NCBI GenBank assembly: GCA_963842805.1
Contig: CAWJIA010000012.1
Coordinates: 284,623 to 348,622 of the forward strand
Length of the DNA: 64,000 bases
Direction: 5' to 3'
Source: an uncultured Chloroflexia bacterium
Lineage (GTDB): Bacteria > Chloroflexota > Dehalococcoidia > GIF9 > UBA5629
Shown: piece after piece, positions 54,846 through 64,000 of the stretch
Layout of the letters: each line of letters starts with the position of its first letter
Position numbering within the stretch: the first letter of the stretch is position 1
The notes under the pieces: generated by a model
The model's input: only the letters and a program-made list of their open reading frames with translations
What the model was told of the DNA's origin: nothing
The model's database searches: none
Position numbers and translations under genes: made by a program

Positions 54846-56324
54846 TCAGGCAGCACAACAGGAGCCTCTATCTAGTTCTTTTCTTACGTATTTCAGCGCT
54901 TCCTCCTTCGTTCGTATCTCGCCGGCCGACTGGGCCTCCCTGACCATAATCAGCAGCCTGCCTATGGTTTTCCCAGGGCTCAATTTGAACTCCTGCATCA
55001 GGTCCGTTCCGCTTATTAGCCTCACGGGCATCATCTCGCTCTCCTGCTGATTATGGACATCAATTATATACTTGACCTGTTCAATATGCATATGCCACTC
55101 GTCAACATTCACCCGCGGCCCGGCCACGGCCAGGTAATCCGCCAGCGCCAGGAAGATAACATCGATGCCGGCGCCTTCGGTGTCCCTGAAGTAGCGGTAG
55201 ATCGCTTTGTGCGAGGGCAGCCCCTCATTGGACATCTGTGCGGGGTGCAGGTGGTGATAGACAAGCTTTTCGATGTAGCGTATCTCGCGGTTGCTGAACC
55301 TCAAACGTTCCAGTATCGAAGCAGCCATAGCTGCCCCTTCCTTAGTATGCCCCAGGAACCTGATCCGGTTGTCCTCGATGGTTTTTGTCTTGGGTTTGGC
55401 GATATCGTGCAGCAGCAGTCCCAATTTGATAAGCGTCCTGCGTTTGCTGCCGCCGGCTATTTCCTCATTAAAATGCTCCTCGATCTCATCCGACCAGGGT
55501 ACCAAGGCGCGTAGCTCGCGGCTGCCATATACCCAATCGCTCTCCCTTAATATAAACTCCAGTGCGGCAATGGCCTCGATGGAATGATCGAAAACATCCC
55601 AGTAGTGCTCTTTGGGCTGCCCCACGCCCTTAAGGCTTTCCATCTCGGGTATTATTTTACCCAGTAATCCGAAATCGTCCAGGTATCGTAGGGAGTTCCC
55701 GGCATAAGGCAGCGACAGTATCTTGAGCAACTCCTCCCTGATCTTTTCACTGGCCACTTTGCGCACCAGTCTGCAGTTGCGGCGTATGGTATCTTCGGTG
55801 ATAGGCTCGATCTCAAGGTTCAGTTCCCTGGCCAGTCTGACCGCACGCATAAGCCGTGAGGGGTCCCTATGGAAGACCATATCGCTGACCTGCCTGAGCA
55901 GGCCTTTCTTCAGGTCCTCTTCTCCGCCGGCGGGGTCCAGCAGCCTAACATCACCCGACACGAAGGTCTCCAGGTCGAGCGCCATAGCGTTCACAGTGAA
56001 ATCCCGCCTCAGCAGGTCACGGTCAATATTGCCAGCAAAGGATGTTATGTCAATCTGCCAGGACTGATCATCGCCGGCCACCACAATGCGGCCGACCTTG
56101 TTCTCTTCGTCCAGCATGACATAGGTGCCGTCCACCAGCTCGGCAGCTTCCTGAGCAATTGCCAGTGAATCGCCGCTGACAGCTATATCCAGGTCTGTGG
56201 TATCTCTCCCGACCAGCCAGTCGCGTACAAAACCGCCGACCAGGTAGGCTTTGCATTCGGGAAAGGTGCATACCGGTGAAAGCTTGGTAAGTATCCCCAT
56301 CAAATCCGCATCGATTTCGAACAC
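54846..56324 (-). CDS. cca: CCA-adding tRNA nucleotidyltransferase (class II, poly(A) polymerase head + HD domain)
   Basis: N-terminal YLVGGFVRDWLVGR...DLDIAV is the polymerase-beta head. It is followed by an HD domain (HD...HDIAK). Length 492 aa. Confidence 0.8.
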   Translation of the reverse strand: MFEIDADLMGILTKLSPVCTFPECKAYLVGGFVRDWLVGRDTTDLDIAVSGDSLAIAQEAAELVDGTYVMLDEENKVGRIVVAGDDQSWQIDITSFAGNIDRDLLRRDFTVNAMALDLETFVSGDVRLLDPAGGEEDLKKGLLRQVSDMVFHRDPSRLMRAVRLARELNLEIEPITEDTIRRNCRLVRKVASEKIREELLKILSLPYAGNSLRYLDDFGLLGKIIPEMESLKGVGQPKEHYWDVFDHSIEAIAALEFILRESDWVYGSRELRALVPWSDEIEEHFNEEIAGGSKRRTLIKLGLLLHDIAKPKTKTIEDNRIRFLGHTKEGAAMAASILERLRFSNREIRYIEKLVYHHLHPAQMSNEGLPSHKAIYRYFRDTEGAGIDVIFLALADYLAVAGPRVNVDEWHMHIEQVKYIIDVHNQQESEMMPVRLISGTDLMQEFKLSPGKTIGRLLIMVREAQSAGEIRTKEEALKYVRKELDRGSCCAA

Positions 56325-56507
56325 AAGCTAAGATTATAGCCTTGCTGCTCGTGGTTGTAAAGTATTTTACGGCCTTTCCGAGGCCGCTAAAGCCGCAGGC
56401 CGCGAACGTAAAAACAGAGTTTATGATAGTCGCTATAGTGATTTTACCGGTGCAGCTCTCTAAGAAGGCCGGGTAGGAGGACGAAGCTATGATATAATCT
56501 AACCGTT

Positions 56508-57620
56508 ATGCAGTATAAACGCATAGTTATTAAGCTGGGCACCAACCTGCTGACAGGCGGCAGCCCCCGGCTCGACAGCAAAATAATGAAGGATCTGGTA
56601 CGGCAAGTTGCAGAGCTTCATCACAAAGACCATGAGATAATCCTGGTTTCATCGGGAGCAGTAGCGGCCGGTCGCGAAAAACTGGGGATGGCCAATAAAA
56701 TTAAGGATATCCCTTTTAAGCAGGTCATGGCTTCAGTAGGACAGAACCGCCTGATGCATATTTATGACGAGCTTTTTTCCATTTACGATATCAATGTGGC
56801 GCAGGCTTTGCTCACCCGGGCCGACCTGAGCGACCGCTCACAATATTTGAACGCCCGCAATACCCTGCTCGCCCTGATAGACCTTAAGGTGATCTGCATC
56901 ATCAACGAAAACGACGTGGTCTGCACCGACGAACTGGGTGAGCTTAAATTCGGCGACAACGATAACCTGTCGGCCATGGTTTCCAACCTGGTCGACGCTG
57001 ACCTGCTAGTACTTCTCTCGGATGTAAAGGGGTTGTATTCAGCCAACCCCCAGCAGGACTCCAAAGCCAGCCTTATACCGGTGGTTGAGAAAATAGATGA
57101 GAAGATCGAGGAGATGGCCGGCGGAGCCGGCAGCTCGCATGGCACGGGCGGGATGGTGACCAAATTGGAGGCAGCTAAACTGGCTACCTCCTCCGGTGTC
57201 CCCGTCATTATCGCAGATGGCTCGCACCCCGATATAATAACCGAGGTCGCCTCGGGCAAGAGCCTGGGTACTTTCTTCAAGGCCCGCAGCAGCAAGATCG
57301 AGAGCAGGAAACGCTGGCTTCTATCCGGCCTTTGCTGCATGGGCAGGGTGACCATCGATAAGGGAGCGATAACCGCCCTGCGCAAACAGAACCGCAGCCT
57401 GCTCCCCGCTGGCATCGTGCAGGTGGAGGGCGGATTCAACCGCGGCGATGTAATCGATATCTATGACGGCGGCGGTAACCAGGTGGGCAGCGGTATTACC
57501 AATTACAGCTCGGACGAGCTGGGACGTATAAAGGGGGTTCAGTCGAGCGAGATAACCAGCATCCTGGGCTACGAGTACGGCGATGAGGCAGTTCACCGCA
57601 ACAACCTGGTACTGATTTAA
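56508..57620 (+). CDS. proB: Glutamate 5-kinase (with C-terminal PUA domain)
   Basis: Amino-acid kinase fold (IVIKLGTNLL, VSSGAVAAG) plus a PUA domain. Length 370 aa. Confidence 0.9.
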   Translation: MQYKRIVIKLGTNLLTGGSPRLDSKIMKDLVRQVAELHHKDHEIILVSSGAVAAGREKLGMANKIKDIPFKQVMASVGQNRLMHIYDELFSIYDINVAQALLTRADLSDRSQYLNARNTLLALIDLKVICIINENDVVCTDELGELKFGDNDNLSAMVSNLVDADLLVLLSDVKGLYSANPQQDSKASLIPVVEKIDEKIEEMAGGAGSSHGTGGMVTKLEAAKLATSSGVPVIIADGSHPDIITEVASGKSLGTFFKARSSKIESRKRWLLSGLCCMGRVTIDKGAITALRKQNRSLLPAGIVQVEGGFNRGDVIDIYDGGGNQVGSGITNYSSDELGRIKGVQSSEITSILGYEYGDEAVHRNNLVLI

Positions 57621-57653
57621 ATATGAAGGATGGGAAACCAAGGGGTAAATTCA

Positions 57654-58928
57654 ATGCAGGCAGATATCAATGAACTGGTGGGAAAAGCCCGACAAGCCAA
57701 AGTTGCATCTAAAAAGCTGGCGTTCACTCCCACCGGAGTAAAGAACGATGCGCTGGCGGCCATATCTCAAGCCCTGTTGGACAGGGAAGATATGATCCTT
57801 CATAACAACCAGAAGGACTATAAAGAGGCCGAAGCTTCCGGCATGAGCGAAGCCATGCTCGACCGTCTGATGCTCAACTCCGCCCGGCTCAAGGGCATAT
57901 CCGACGACGTGCAGACCGTTGCCGCTTTGCCCGATCCCATCGGTGAGGTCATAGAAGAGCGCACCCTGCCCAACGGCCTTCTGCTGAGCAAGCGTCGCGT
58001 GCCCCTGGGCGTGATCGGCGCCATCTACGAGAGCAGGCCCAACGTTACCGTTGATATATCAGTGCTGTGCCTCAAAGCAGGCAATGCGGTTATGCTGCGC
58101 GGCGGCAAGGAGGCTTACCGCTCCAACCTGGCGCTGGCGAACACCGTCCAGGAAGCTTCTTACAAAGCCGGTATACCCGCCGGGGCCGTACAGTTTATCG
58201 AGTCCACCGACCGCGGCCTGGTCGATAATATGCTCAAGCTGAAGGAGAGCATCGACCTGATGATACCCCGAGGAGGAGCGGCACTGATCAAATTCGTGAA
58301 GGATAACGCCGCCATGGCCGTGGTGGCGGGCGGCATAGGCGTCTGCCATACCTACGTGGATAAAACTGCCGACATCGCTAAAGCCGTGGCTATCACTTAC
58401 AATGCCAAAGTGCAGCGCCCCACGGTCTGCAACGCGCTGGACTGCGTGCTGGTGCACAAGGACATCGCCGCCGCGTTCCTGCCCGCCATGGCCAGAGAAT
58501 GGGACAAAGCAGGCGTGGAGATGCACTGCGACCAGCGCTCACTGGAAATACTGAAATCCATACATGGTTTAAATGTCCATCCTGCCGTAGAGGAGGACTG
58601 GGGCAATGAGTTCCTGGCCCTGGTGGGATCTATAAAAGTAGTCGGCTCTCTGGACGAGGCGCTGGAGCACATCGATCGCTACGGCTCCGGCCACTCAGAG
58701 GCCATCATCAGCGAGGATAAAGATTCGATCGACCGCTTCCTGAACGAGGTGGACGCCTCCTGCGTCTATGCCAATGCCAGCACCCGTTTCACCGACGGAG
58801 GCCAGTTCGGCATGGGCGCCGAGATAGGGATAAGCACACAGAAATTCCACGCGCGCGGACCGATGGCTTTACGTGAGATCACAAGTTACAAATGGTGCAT
58901 CCGGGGTAACGGACAGGTTAGACCGTAG
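57654..58928 (+). CDS. proA: Gamma-glutamyl phosphate reductase
   Basis: ALDH-fold with the catalytic Cys in the CNA context (VCNALD). The start was chosen at ATG 57654 (MQADINEL), which has an AAGGGG RBS. This is in frame with the ORF-track start at 57630. Confidence 0.9.
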   Translation: MQADINELVGKARQAKVASKKLAFTPTGVKNDALAAISQALLDREDMILHNNQKDYKEAEASGMSEAMLDRLMLNSARLKGISDDVQTVAALPDPIGEVIEERTLPNGLLLSKRRVPLGVIGAIYESRPNVTVDISVLCLKAGNAVMLRGGKEAYRSNLALANTVQEASYKAGIPAGAVQFIESTDRGLVDNMLKLKESIDLMIPRGGAALIKFVKDNAAMAVVAGGIGVCHTYVDKTADIAKAVAITYNAKVQRPTVCNALDCVLVHKDIAAAFLPAMAREWDKAGVEMHCDQRSLEILKSIHGLNVHPAVEEDWGNEFLALVGSIKVVGSLDEALEHIDRYGSGHSEAIISEDKDSIDRFLNEVDASCVYANASTRFTDGGQFGMGAEIGISTQKFHARGPMALREITSYKWCIRGNGQVRP

Positions 58929-58967
58929 TAGTCGTTGCTTTGCCCATATTGGGGGCAGCATCCTGAT

Positions 58968-59765
58968 ATGAACAGAAAGAAAAGCTGTCTGAAGATAATC
59001 GACGAGTTGGCGAATGCATTTGACTTAGACTTTTCTGACCAATTCACGGAGGACTCTGTCAGAAGTAAAACTTTTAAACACAGGGTCAATGACCTTACTT
59101 ATGTAAAAAAGGTGGTCGAGTGCACTTGCTACATTGACTATGCGCTATTTGTGGAACTTGGCATTAAGCATCCTACGCCTTACATCGCGTTTGAATCTGA
59201 GACTGACCTTCATGGCTCCATCTATCTTGCCCTAGGTGGTTACTATCGCCAAGCCCTGATTTGCCTTAGAGCATGGCTCGAGTTGACCATTGTCGGTATC
59301 TACTATGGCCGCAACTACGAGGTAAATGACTCAGAATTTGAAAAATGGAAACGAGGCGATAAGCAATCGCCTTCATGGAGTAAGCTTCTGAACCTACTAT
59401 CCGCAGAACTTTCCTTCAAAAAAGCAAACGAAGTTATATCGCTAGAGCAAAAATTGAAGGATTTCTATTGGAAAATTTCATCATTTGCTCATGGTCGTGG
59501 CATGGAATTATATGATCTGCAGCGAGGGCGGGATAATGTACCAAGATTCCTTGACCATTCCTTCGACATTTGGATTCTGTTTTTGAAGCAAGCTTATGCA
59601 TTATGGCGTCTATCGTTATATTCAGCGTATCATCAATCGATACACAACTACCTAAATAAGTATCCTAACGATGCACGCGGGATAGCAGATATACTGCCCG
59701 AGGAATCGCTTGCCCAATTGGAAGTATTAAGCCGATCATCTGTTTTCATGGGCAAGCGGACTTAG
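58968..59765 (+). CDS. Hypothetical protein encoded on a low-GC single-gene insertion
   Basis: The ORF is about 265 aa with no recognised motif. Local GC is about 42%, versus about 55% for the flanks, and codon usage is AT-skewed. It is inserted between proA and rph. Confidence 0.45.
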   Translation: MNRKKSCLKIIDELANAFDLDFSDQFTEDSVRSKTFKHRVNDLTYVKKVVECTCYIDYALFVELGIKHPTPYIAFESETDLHGSIYLALGGYYRQALICLRAWLELTIVGIYYGRNYEVNDSEFEKWKRGDKQSPSWSKLLNLLSAELSFKKANEVISLEQKLKDFYWKISSFAHGRGMELYDLQRGRDNVPRFLDHSFDIWILFLKQAYALWRLSLYSAYHQSIHNYLNKYPNDARGIADILPEESLAQLEVLSRSSVFMGKRT

Positions 59766-59783
59766 AATCCTTTTGTTTAGACT

Positions 59784-60506
59784 CTAGAGTTTTAAACCAT
59801 CCAGAGCCTTTTTCTGCTCTTCAAATAGCTGTTTAATGCCTTTGTCAGCTAGTACAAGTAGCCCGTCCACGGTTTCCTTGGAGAAGGGCTTGCCCTCTGC
59901 CGTTCCCTGCAATTCAACGAAGTCGCCTTTGTCGGTCATAACCACATTGAAGTCCACGCCGGCGCGGAAGTCTTCGTCGTAGCACAGGTCCAGCATCTTT
60001 ACTCTGTCGACCACGCCCACGCTGACCGCCGCTATCGCGCACTTAACCGGCATGACCTTGTAAACCCCCTGCTTCCTCAGCTTGGCCACTGCCTGGAAAA
60101 GCGCCACGTAGGCGCCCGTTATGCTGGCCGTACGTGTCCCCCCGTCTGCCTGTAATACATCGCAGTCGATTGTGAAAGTCCTTTCACCGAGAGCGTCCAT
60201 ATCCACAGCGGCACGCAGGCTCCTGCCGATCAATCTCTGAATCTCCTGTGCACGTCCCCCCTGCCGGTCCGGGTTGCGTGCGCTGCGGGTATGTGTAGCC
60301 CGCGGCAGCATGCCATACTCGGCGGTTACCCACCCTGTCCCCTTACCCTTGAGAAAGGGCGGTACCCGGTCCTCCACGCTCACGGCGCATACCACACGCG
60401 TATTGCCCATCTGGATCAGCGCAGAGCCCTCGGGATAGTCCTGGTATCCCAGTGTTATGTTCACCGGCCTTAGCTCGTCATTGCCTCGCCCGTCTATTCT
60501 AGCCAT
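59784..60506 (-). CDS. rph: Ribonuclease PH
   Basis: [14 protein letters not shown]-terminus plus conserved RNase PH blocks. Length 240 aa. Confidence 0.9.
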   Translation of the reverse strand: MARIDGRGNDELRPVNITLGYQDYPEGSALIQMGNTRVVCAVSVEDRVPPFLKGKGTGWVTAEYGMLPRATHTRSARNPDRQGGRAQEIQRLIGRSLRAAVDMDALGERTFTIDCDVLQADGGTRTASITGAYVALFQAVAKLRKQGVYKVMPVKCAIAAVSVGVVDRVKMLDLCYDEDFRAGVDFNVVMTDKGDFVELQGTAEGKPFSKETVDGLLVLADKGIKQLFEEQKKALDGLKL

Positions 60507-60643
60507 TTAAATACCTTCCTTATCGATTCAGGCGCAAGTATAGCATCTAAACCTGACCCGCTGCGAGCACGCAAGTTTTGAAGCAAATAATTTGTTATTA
60601 TTTTATTTAGCGTGGTAACTATTTTTCTCAGGGAGGCCGTGAA

Positions 60644-61096
60644 ATGTTCAGTAAAATATTAGTGCCGCTCGATGGATCGGATACTGCCGAATGCGTTTTT
60701 CCATATGCAGCGGAAATTGCCCGCATTAATAATTCGAAAATCGAGCTGGCCATGGTGGTGGAGCCCTACGAAATACCTTTGCACGGAGGAGTTGTATTCG
60801 ATCAAGACAGCCTCAGGGAGCTGGAGCAATATTCGAAGAGGAGGGCCAAAGACTACGTGCAGAGAAAACAGAAATATTTTCAATCAAAGGGAATCGATGT
60901 CAATACGACCGTGCGTGCCGGTAAAATAGCCGACAGCCTGATTGACTATGCAGACTCTAAGGGTTTCGACCTCATCGTCATGGCCACGCACGGCAGGTCC
61001 GGCGTTTCACGCTGGCTTGTAGGCAGCATAGCCGATAAGATAATAAACTCTTCAAATATACCGGTCCTTCTAATCCGTCCGGGTCAGCAGCGTTGA
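60644..61096 (+). CDS. Universal stress protein (UspA family)
   Basis: 150 aa. ILVPLDGS N-terminus, C-terminal ATP-binding-type motif (GRSGVSRWLVGSIA). Confidence 0.8.
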   Translation: MFSKILVPLDGSDTAECVFPYAAEIARINNSKIELAMVVEPYEIPLHGGVVFDQDSLRELEQYSKRRAKDYVQRKQKYFQSKGIDVNTTVRAGKIADSLIDYADSKGFDLIVMATHGRSGVSRWLVGSIADKIINSSNIPVLLIRPGQQR

Positions 61097-61100
61097 TTTA

Positions 61101-62198
61101 ATGGAAGCAGCATACCTCCAGCAGCAAGCCTCTCCTTTCACGGTTATCGGTTTGACTCTCATAACTGTGCTTACGCTTATCCTGCCCTTTATGCTCAAGA
61201 AGGTTAACGACCACATAGAGATCTTCTTCATGGCTATGGGCCTTGCTGCAATGACCGTGTCCTGGAGATGGTCAGGAGATCTGATAATCGAGGCGCTCAA
61301 GTCGCCGCTTACCGTGGGCGGTTTACCCATCGGAATCTTTCAGGTCGTGCTCGTCTTTGGCCTGCTGATTCATTATTTCAACAGGCAGATTTACAGCTTC
61401 ATTGAAAGGGCATACGCCAGGCTGAACGCCAAAGTTTTTTTCTTTCTGCTGATACTGCTGCTCGGCCTGTTTTCCAGCATCCTTTCAGTGATAGTCACGG
61501 CTGTTATACTTTCTGAAGTCTTTATGGTGATTCCCATCGGCAAAGAAGATAAAACCAGGATGGCTATCATAGCCTGTTTCGCCATTGGACTGGGTGCCGG
61601 CCTGACCCCCATAGGGGAGCCGCTATCCACCATCATGGTATATAAATTGGCGGGAGAGCCCTACCATGCCGGCTTCTTTTTCCTGGCGCAGCACCTGGTC
61701 ATATATATCATCCCCGGCATCATCCTCCTGGCTGTAACAGGATGGATCTTCGCCAGGCGCACCACCGTCAAATATCAAGAGGTAGAAGGATATTCTGAGA
61801 GCATTAAGGGCATACTAATCAGGTCTGTGAAGGTCTACGTATTCATCGCCGCTCTCATCCTGCTGGGCGAAGGCCTAAGGCCGCTATTCGAACTATTTCT
61901 CTACCGTTTGCCTTCGTGGGCGCTTTACTGGATAAACATTATCTCCGCCATACTGGATAATGCCACGCTTACCGCCATAGAGATTAATCCGAGCCTGCAG
62001 CTCTCCCAGATAGTAAGCGCAGTTATGGCTTTGTTGATTGCTGGCGGCATACTTCTACCGGGCAATATCCCCAATATAGTTGTGGCCGGCCGCCTCAGGA
62101 TCAGCATGCGGGAGTGGGCGTTGATAGGAGTCCCTCTGGGACTGGCCCTGATGCTTGTTTATTTCATCGTGTTGATACCTGTTTTTATAGGTTCATGA
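61101..62198 (+). CDS. Polytopic membrane protein of unknown function (possibly DUF1646-type putative cation transporter)
   Basis: 365 aa with about 10 predicted TM helices. It is co-directional with, and 5 nt downstream of, uspA. Confidence 0.4.
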   Translation: MEAAYLQQQASPFTVIGLTLITVLTLILPFMLKKVNDHIEIFFMAMGLAAMTVSWRWSGDLIIEALKSPLTVGGLPIGIFQVVLVFGLLIHYFNRQIYSFIERAYARLNAKVFFFLLILLLGLFSSILSVIVTAVILSEVFMVIPIGKEDKTRMAIIACFAIGLGAGLTPIGEPLSTIMVYKLAGEPYHAGFFFLAQHLVIYIIPGIILLAVTGWIFARRTTVKYQEVEGYSESIKGILIRSVKVYVFIAALILLGEGLRPLFELFLYRLPSWALYWINIISAILDNATLTAIEINPSLQLSQIVSAVMALLIAGGILLPGNIPNIVVAGRLRISMREWALIGVPLGLALMLVYFIVLIPVFIGS

Positions 62199-62332
62199 TT
62201 CATCCTCTATCCAAAAGGAACAAACGCCGTTCAATGCCCAGTTAAAGGAAATCTCCAAGCTCCAAACAATTATTTAATTTTAAAATTTTACTAATTTGCT
62301 TGGAATTTGATTGAGAGATTGCTTCGCTGTCG

Positions 62333-62368
62333 CTCGCAATGACCGGTTTCCTGAATTGTCATTGCGAG
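62333..62368 (+). promoter_or_regulatory. Perfect 11-bp inverted repeat (CTCGCAATGAC N14 GTCATTGCGAG) in leader of TSUP permease gene
   Basis: Direct reading of the sequence. Three GGAATTTG direct repeats lie nearby at about 62302, 62418 and 62426. Confidence 0.3.
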
Positions 62369-62468
62369 GCACATCGTGTCGTGGCAATCCTGCAATCGAA
62401 GGCTGAAGCCCCGTTTTGGAATTTGGAATTTTTCACGGTCTCAAATATGCTATCCTTTTAAATTAATC

Positions 62469-63329
62469 ATGCCTGATGTAAATATCTGGGCGCTGGCCGG
62501 GACCGGACTGGTAGCAGGGACGCTCGGCTCCATGCTGGGCGTGGGCGGCGGCATCATGATGGTGCCTATACTTACGCTGTGGATGGGAGTACCCATCCAG
62601 TACGCCATCGGCAGCAGCCTGGTCTCGATCGTCATCAACGCCTGCACAGCCACCAGCGTATACATCGATAACCACGTGACCAATCTCAAGCTAGGATTGC
62701 TGATGTCCACCACCATGATCCCCGGGGCGGTGGCCGGGGCCTTCCTGGCCTCCAAACTTTCCTCACCGGTGCTGAGCTTGATATTCGGGGCGCTCATGAT
62801 TTACGTTTGCTACACGCTCATTCCCAGGAAACCGCGCAGGCTGAGTGCAGCCGAATTCGAAGCCTCAAGAGATCCGCACGAGAAAAAGCACGCGCCGCAT
62901 GCCTGGCTGGACGGCAGCTACTATGACCCGGCCGTTAAAGAGGAGATCAGCTATCAGACGCACCGTCCCGTGACAGGGATGGCCACCGGCTTTTTCGGCG
63001 GGGTCATATCCAGCCTGCTGGGCGTGGGTGGAGGCATCGTCAACGTGCCTGTGTTGAACCTGTTTATGAAGGTGCCCATCAAGGCCGCTATCGCCACCAG
63101 CAGCCTGCTGCTGTGCTTCACCACTATGACCGGTTCCATGATCTACGCCTACAACGGTTACGTCATGCCCTATATCATAGCGCCGCTCATCCCGGGTATC
63201 TTCCTGGGAGCAAGGCTGGGCACCAGCATCGCCCGGCATGTCCGCGGTGCCGCGCTGATGGTGATATTCATAATTTTCCTGCTGGCGACCTCGGTCTTAA
63301 TGATACTGCGGGCACTGAATATATTCTGA
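62469..63329 (+). CDS. TSUP family (TauE/SafE, DUF81) anion permease
   Basis: Two 4-TM repeats each begin with a Gly-rich helix (LGVGGGIMMVPIL and LGVGGGIVNVPVL). The start was taken at ATG 62469, which is in frame with the ORF-track ORF. Confidence 0.8.
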   Translation: MPDVNIWALAGTGLVAGTLGSMLGVGGGIMMVPILTLWMGVPIQYAIGSSLVSIVINACTATSVYIDNHVTNLKLGLLMSTTMIPGAVAGAFLASKLSSPVLSLIFGALMIYVCYTLIPRKPRRLSAAEFEASRDPHEKKHAPHAWLDGSYYDPAVKEEISYQTHRPVTGMATGFFGGVISSLLGVGGGIVNVPVLNLFMKVPIKAAIATSSLLLCFTTMTGSMIYAYNGYVMPYIIAPLIPGIFLGARLGTSIARHVRGAALMVIFIIFLLATSVLMILRALNIF

Positions 63330-63338
63330 GATAATATT

Positions 63339-63701
63339 ATGCAAACGATAAATAATCCACTGGCTAAGCTGCAATCCCTGAATAGGCACGTCAGCCTGGC
63401 GCTGCGTATCGGCATCGGCATCGGCCTAGCACTGGTTCTTACGGGTATCGTTATATCCGTCGTCATCAACACTCCTCATATGTCCGGCCTGACCCCGCTC
63501 TCTTTGCTGCTACCCGACCTCCTGAAGCTCAGCCCGGCCGCCTTCGTCACGGCCGGACTCGTCATCATCCTGCTGTTGCCGGCGGTTATCCTGATAACAT
63601 CGTTTGCGCATTTCATTGCGACCCGCGAAAAACAGCCGCTCATCGTGTGCGTGGTACTGGTTTTGATGCTGACGGCCAGCTACGTTTTGCTATTAAAATA
63701 A
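63339..63701 (+). CDS. DUF1634-like small membrane protein (frequent TSUP partner)
   Basis: 120 aa with three TM helices. It lies 9 nt downstream of the TSUP gene. Confidence 0.55.
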   Translation: MQTINNPLAKLQSLNRHVSLALRIGIGIGLALVLTGIVISVVINTPHMSGLTPLSLLLPDLLKLSPAAFVTAGLVIILLLPAVILITSFAHFIATREKQPLIVCVVLVLMLTASYVLLLK

Positions 63702-63740
63702 ATTGACCCTGCCTACCGCCTGTGTTATTATTCGGAATAG

Positions 63741-64000
63741 ATGTCACCTCTGACAGAAATAAACGCTGAAATAGAACGCTGTCCAAAATGTGAGTTATCC
63801 CGGCACCGCACCAAGTCGGTGCCCGGTGAAGGCCCGGAGAATGCGGGGTTGCTGTTCATAGGCGAAGCGCCTGGCTGGTACGAAGACCAGTCTGGAAGGC
63901 CATTCGTCGGCCCCGCCGGCCAGTACCTCGACCAGCTCATAGGCATGATCGGGTACAAGCGCAACCAGGTCTATATCACAAACGTGGTCAAATGCCGTCC
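63741..64000 (+). CDS. Uracil-DNA glycosylase, family 4 (partial, runs off window end)
   Basis: CPKCELSRHRTKSVPGEGPENAGLLFIGEAPGWYEDQSGRPFVGPAGQYLD is the family-4 UDG N-terminal motif block (GEAPG, F.G.AG). Confidence 0.75.
   Translation, partial: MSPLTEINAEIERCPKCELSRHRTKSVPGEGPENAGLLFIGEAPGWYEDQSGRPFVGPAGQYLDQLIGMIGYKRNQVYITNVVKCR

Noticed and set aside
62376-62468. N-terminal 31-aa extension of the TSUP ORF
   Set aside because: The extension covers the inverted-repeat leader. TSUP homology and the first TM helix start at Met 62469.

Overview
This 64 kb window is a housekeeping-rich bacterial chromosomal segment of about 55% GC. One cluster of calls points weakly to Chloroflexota/Dehalococcoidia-like: an orphan 5S rRNA, TspO, a fused CbiMN energy-coupling-factor (ECF) nickel/cobalt transporter and DUF3795-like Cys-rich proteins. 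This taxonomic guess is tentative.

Secure calls, in order along the window:
- clpC (-), an orphan 5S rRNA (-), ruvB (-), rpoC-rpoB (-).
- lysA-holB-PSP1/RicT (+).
- A minus-strand replication cluster: rplI, the dnaB helicase, a DnaD-like gene, a tandem two-module DnaC/DnaI-like loader and an HNH endonuclease.
- yceD-rpmF-fabD-nusB-acp-like (+), then mfd (-) and tspO (+).
- nadC (+), a Fur-family regulator plus a CbiM(N)QO ECF nickel/cobalt transporter (-), and dtd (-).
- The complete F1Fo ATP synthase operon atpZ/I-B-E-F-H-A-G-D-C (+), followed by a KH-domain gene and rpsP (-).
- nfi (+), prfB with its programmed +1 frameshift (+), a secreted MA-type metallopeptidase, radC and an orphan family-5 substrate-binding protein (+).
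- A HerA ATPase, a small unknown protein and a NurA nuclease in one triplet (-).
- An HDAC-family gene (+), secDF (-), cca (-), proBA (+), a single low-GC foreign gene (+), rph (-), uspA (+), a TSUP permease with its DUF1634 partner (+), and a partial family-4 uracil-DNA glycosylase (+).

Observations worth a second look:
- The translationally coupled HerA / 197-aa unknown / NurA module, a possible DNA-end-processing or defence system with an extra, uncharacterised subunit.
- A Firmicutes-style DnaD plus duplicated DnaI-like helicase loader, with a degenerate first Walker B, next to dnaB.
- An ACP homologue that lacks the phosphopantetheine-attachment serine.
- A single-gene low-GC insertion between proA and rph.
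- Two paralogous Cys-rich DUF3795-like proteins.
- A His-rich C-terminal tail on the ECF ATPase.
- The lone 5S rRNA.
- A structured repeat-rich leader upstream of the TSUP permease.

No CRISPR array, transposase or tRNA gene was recognised.
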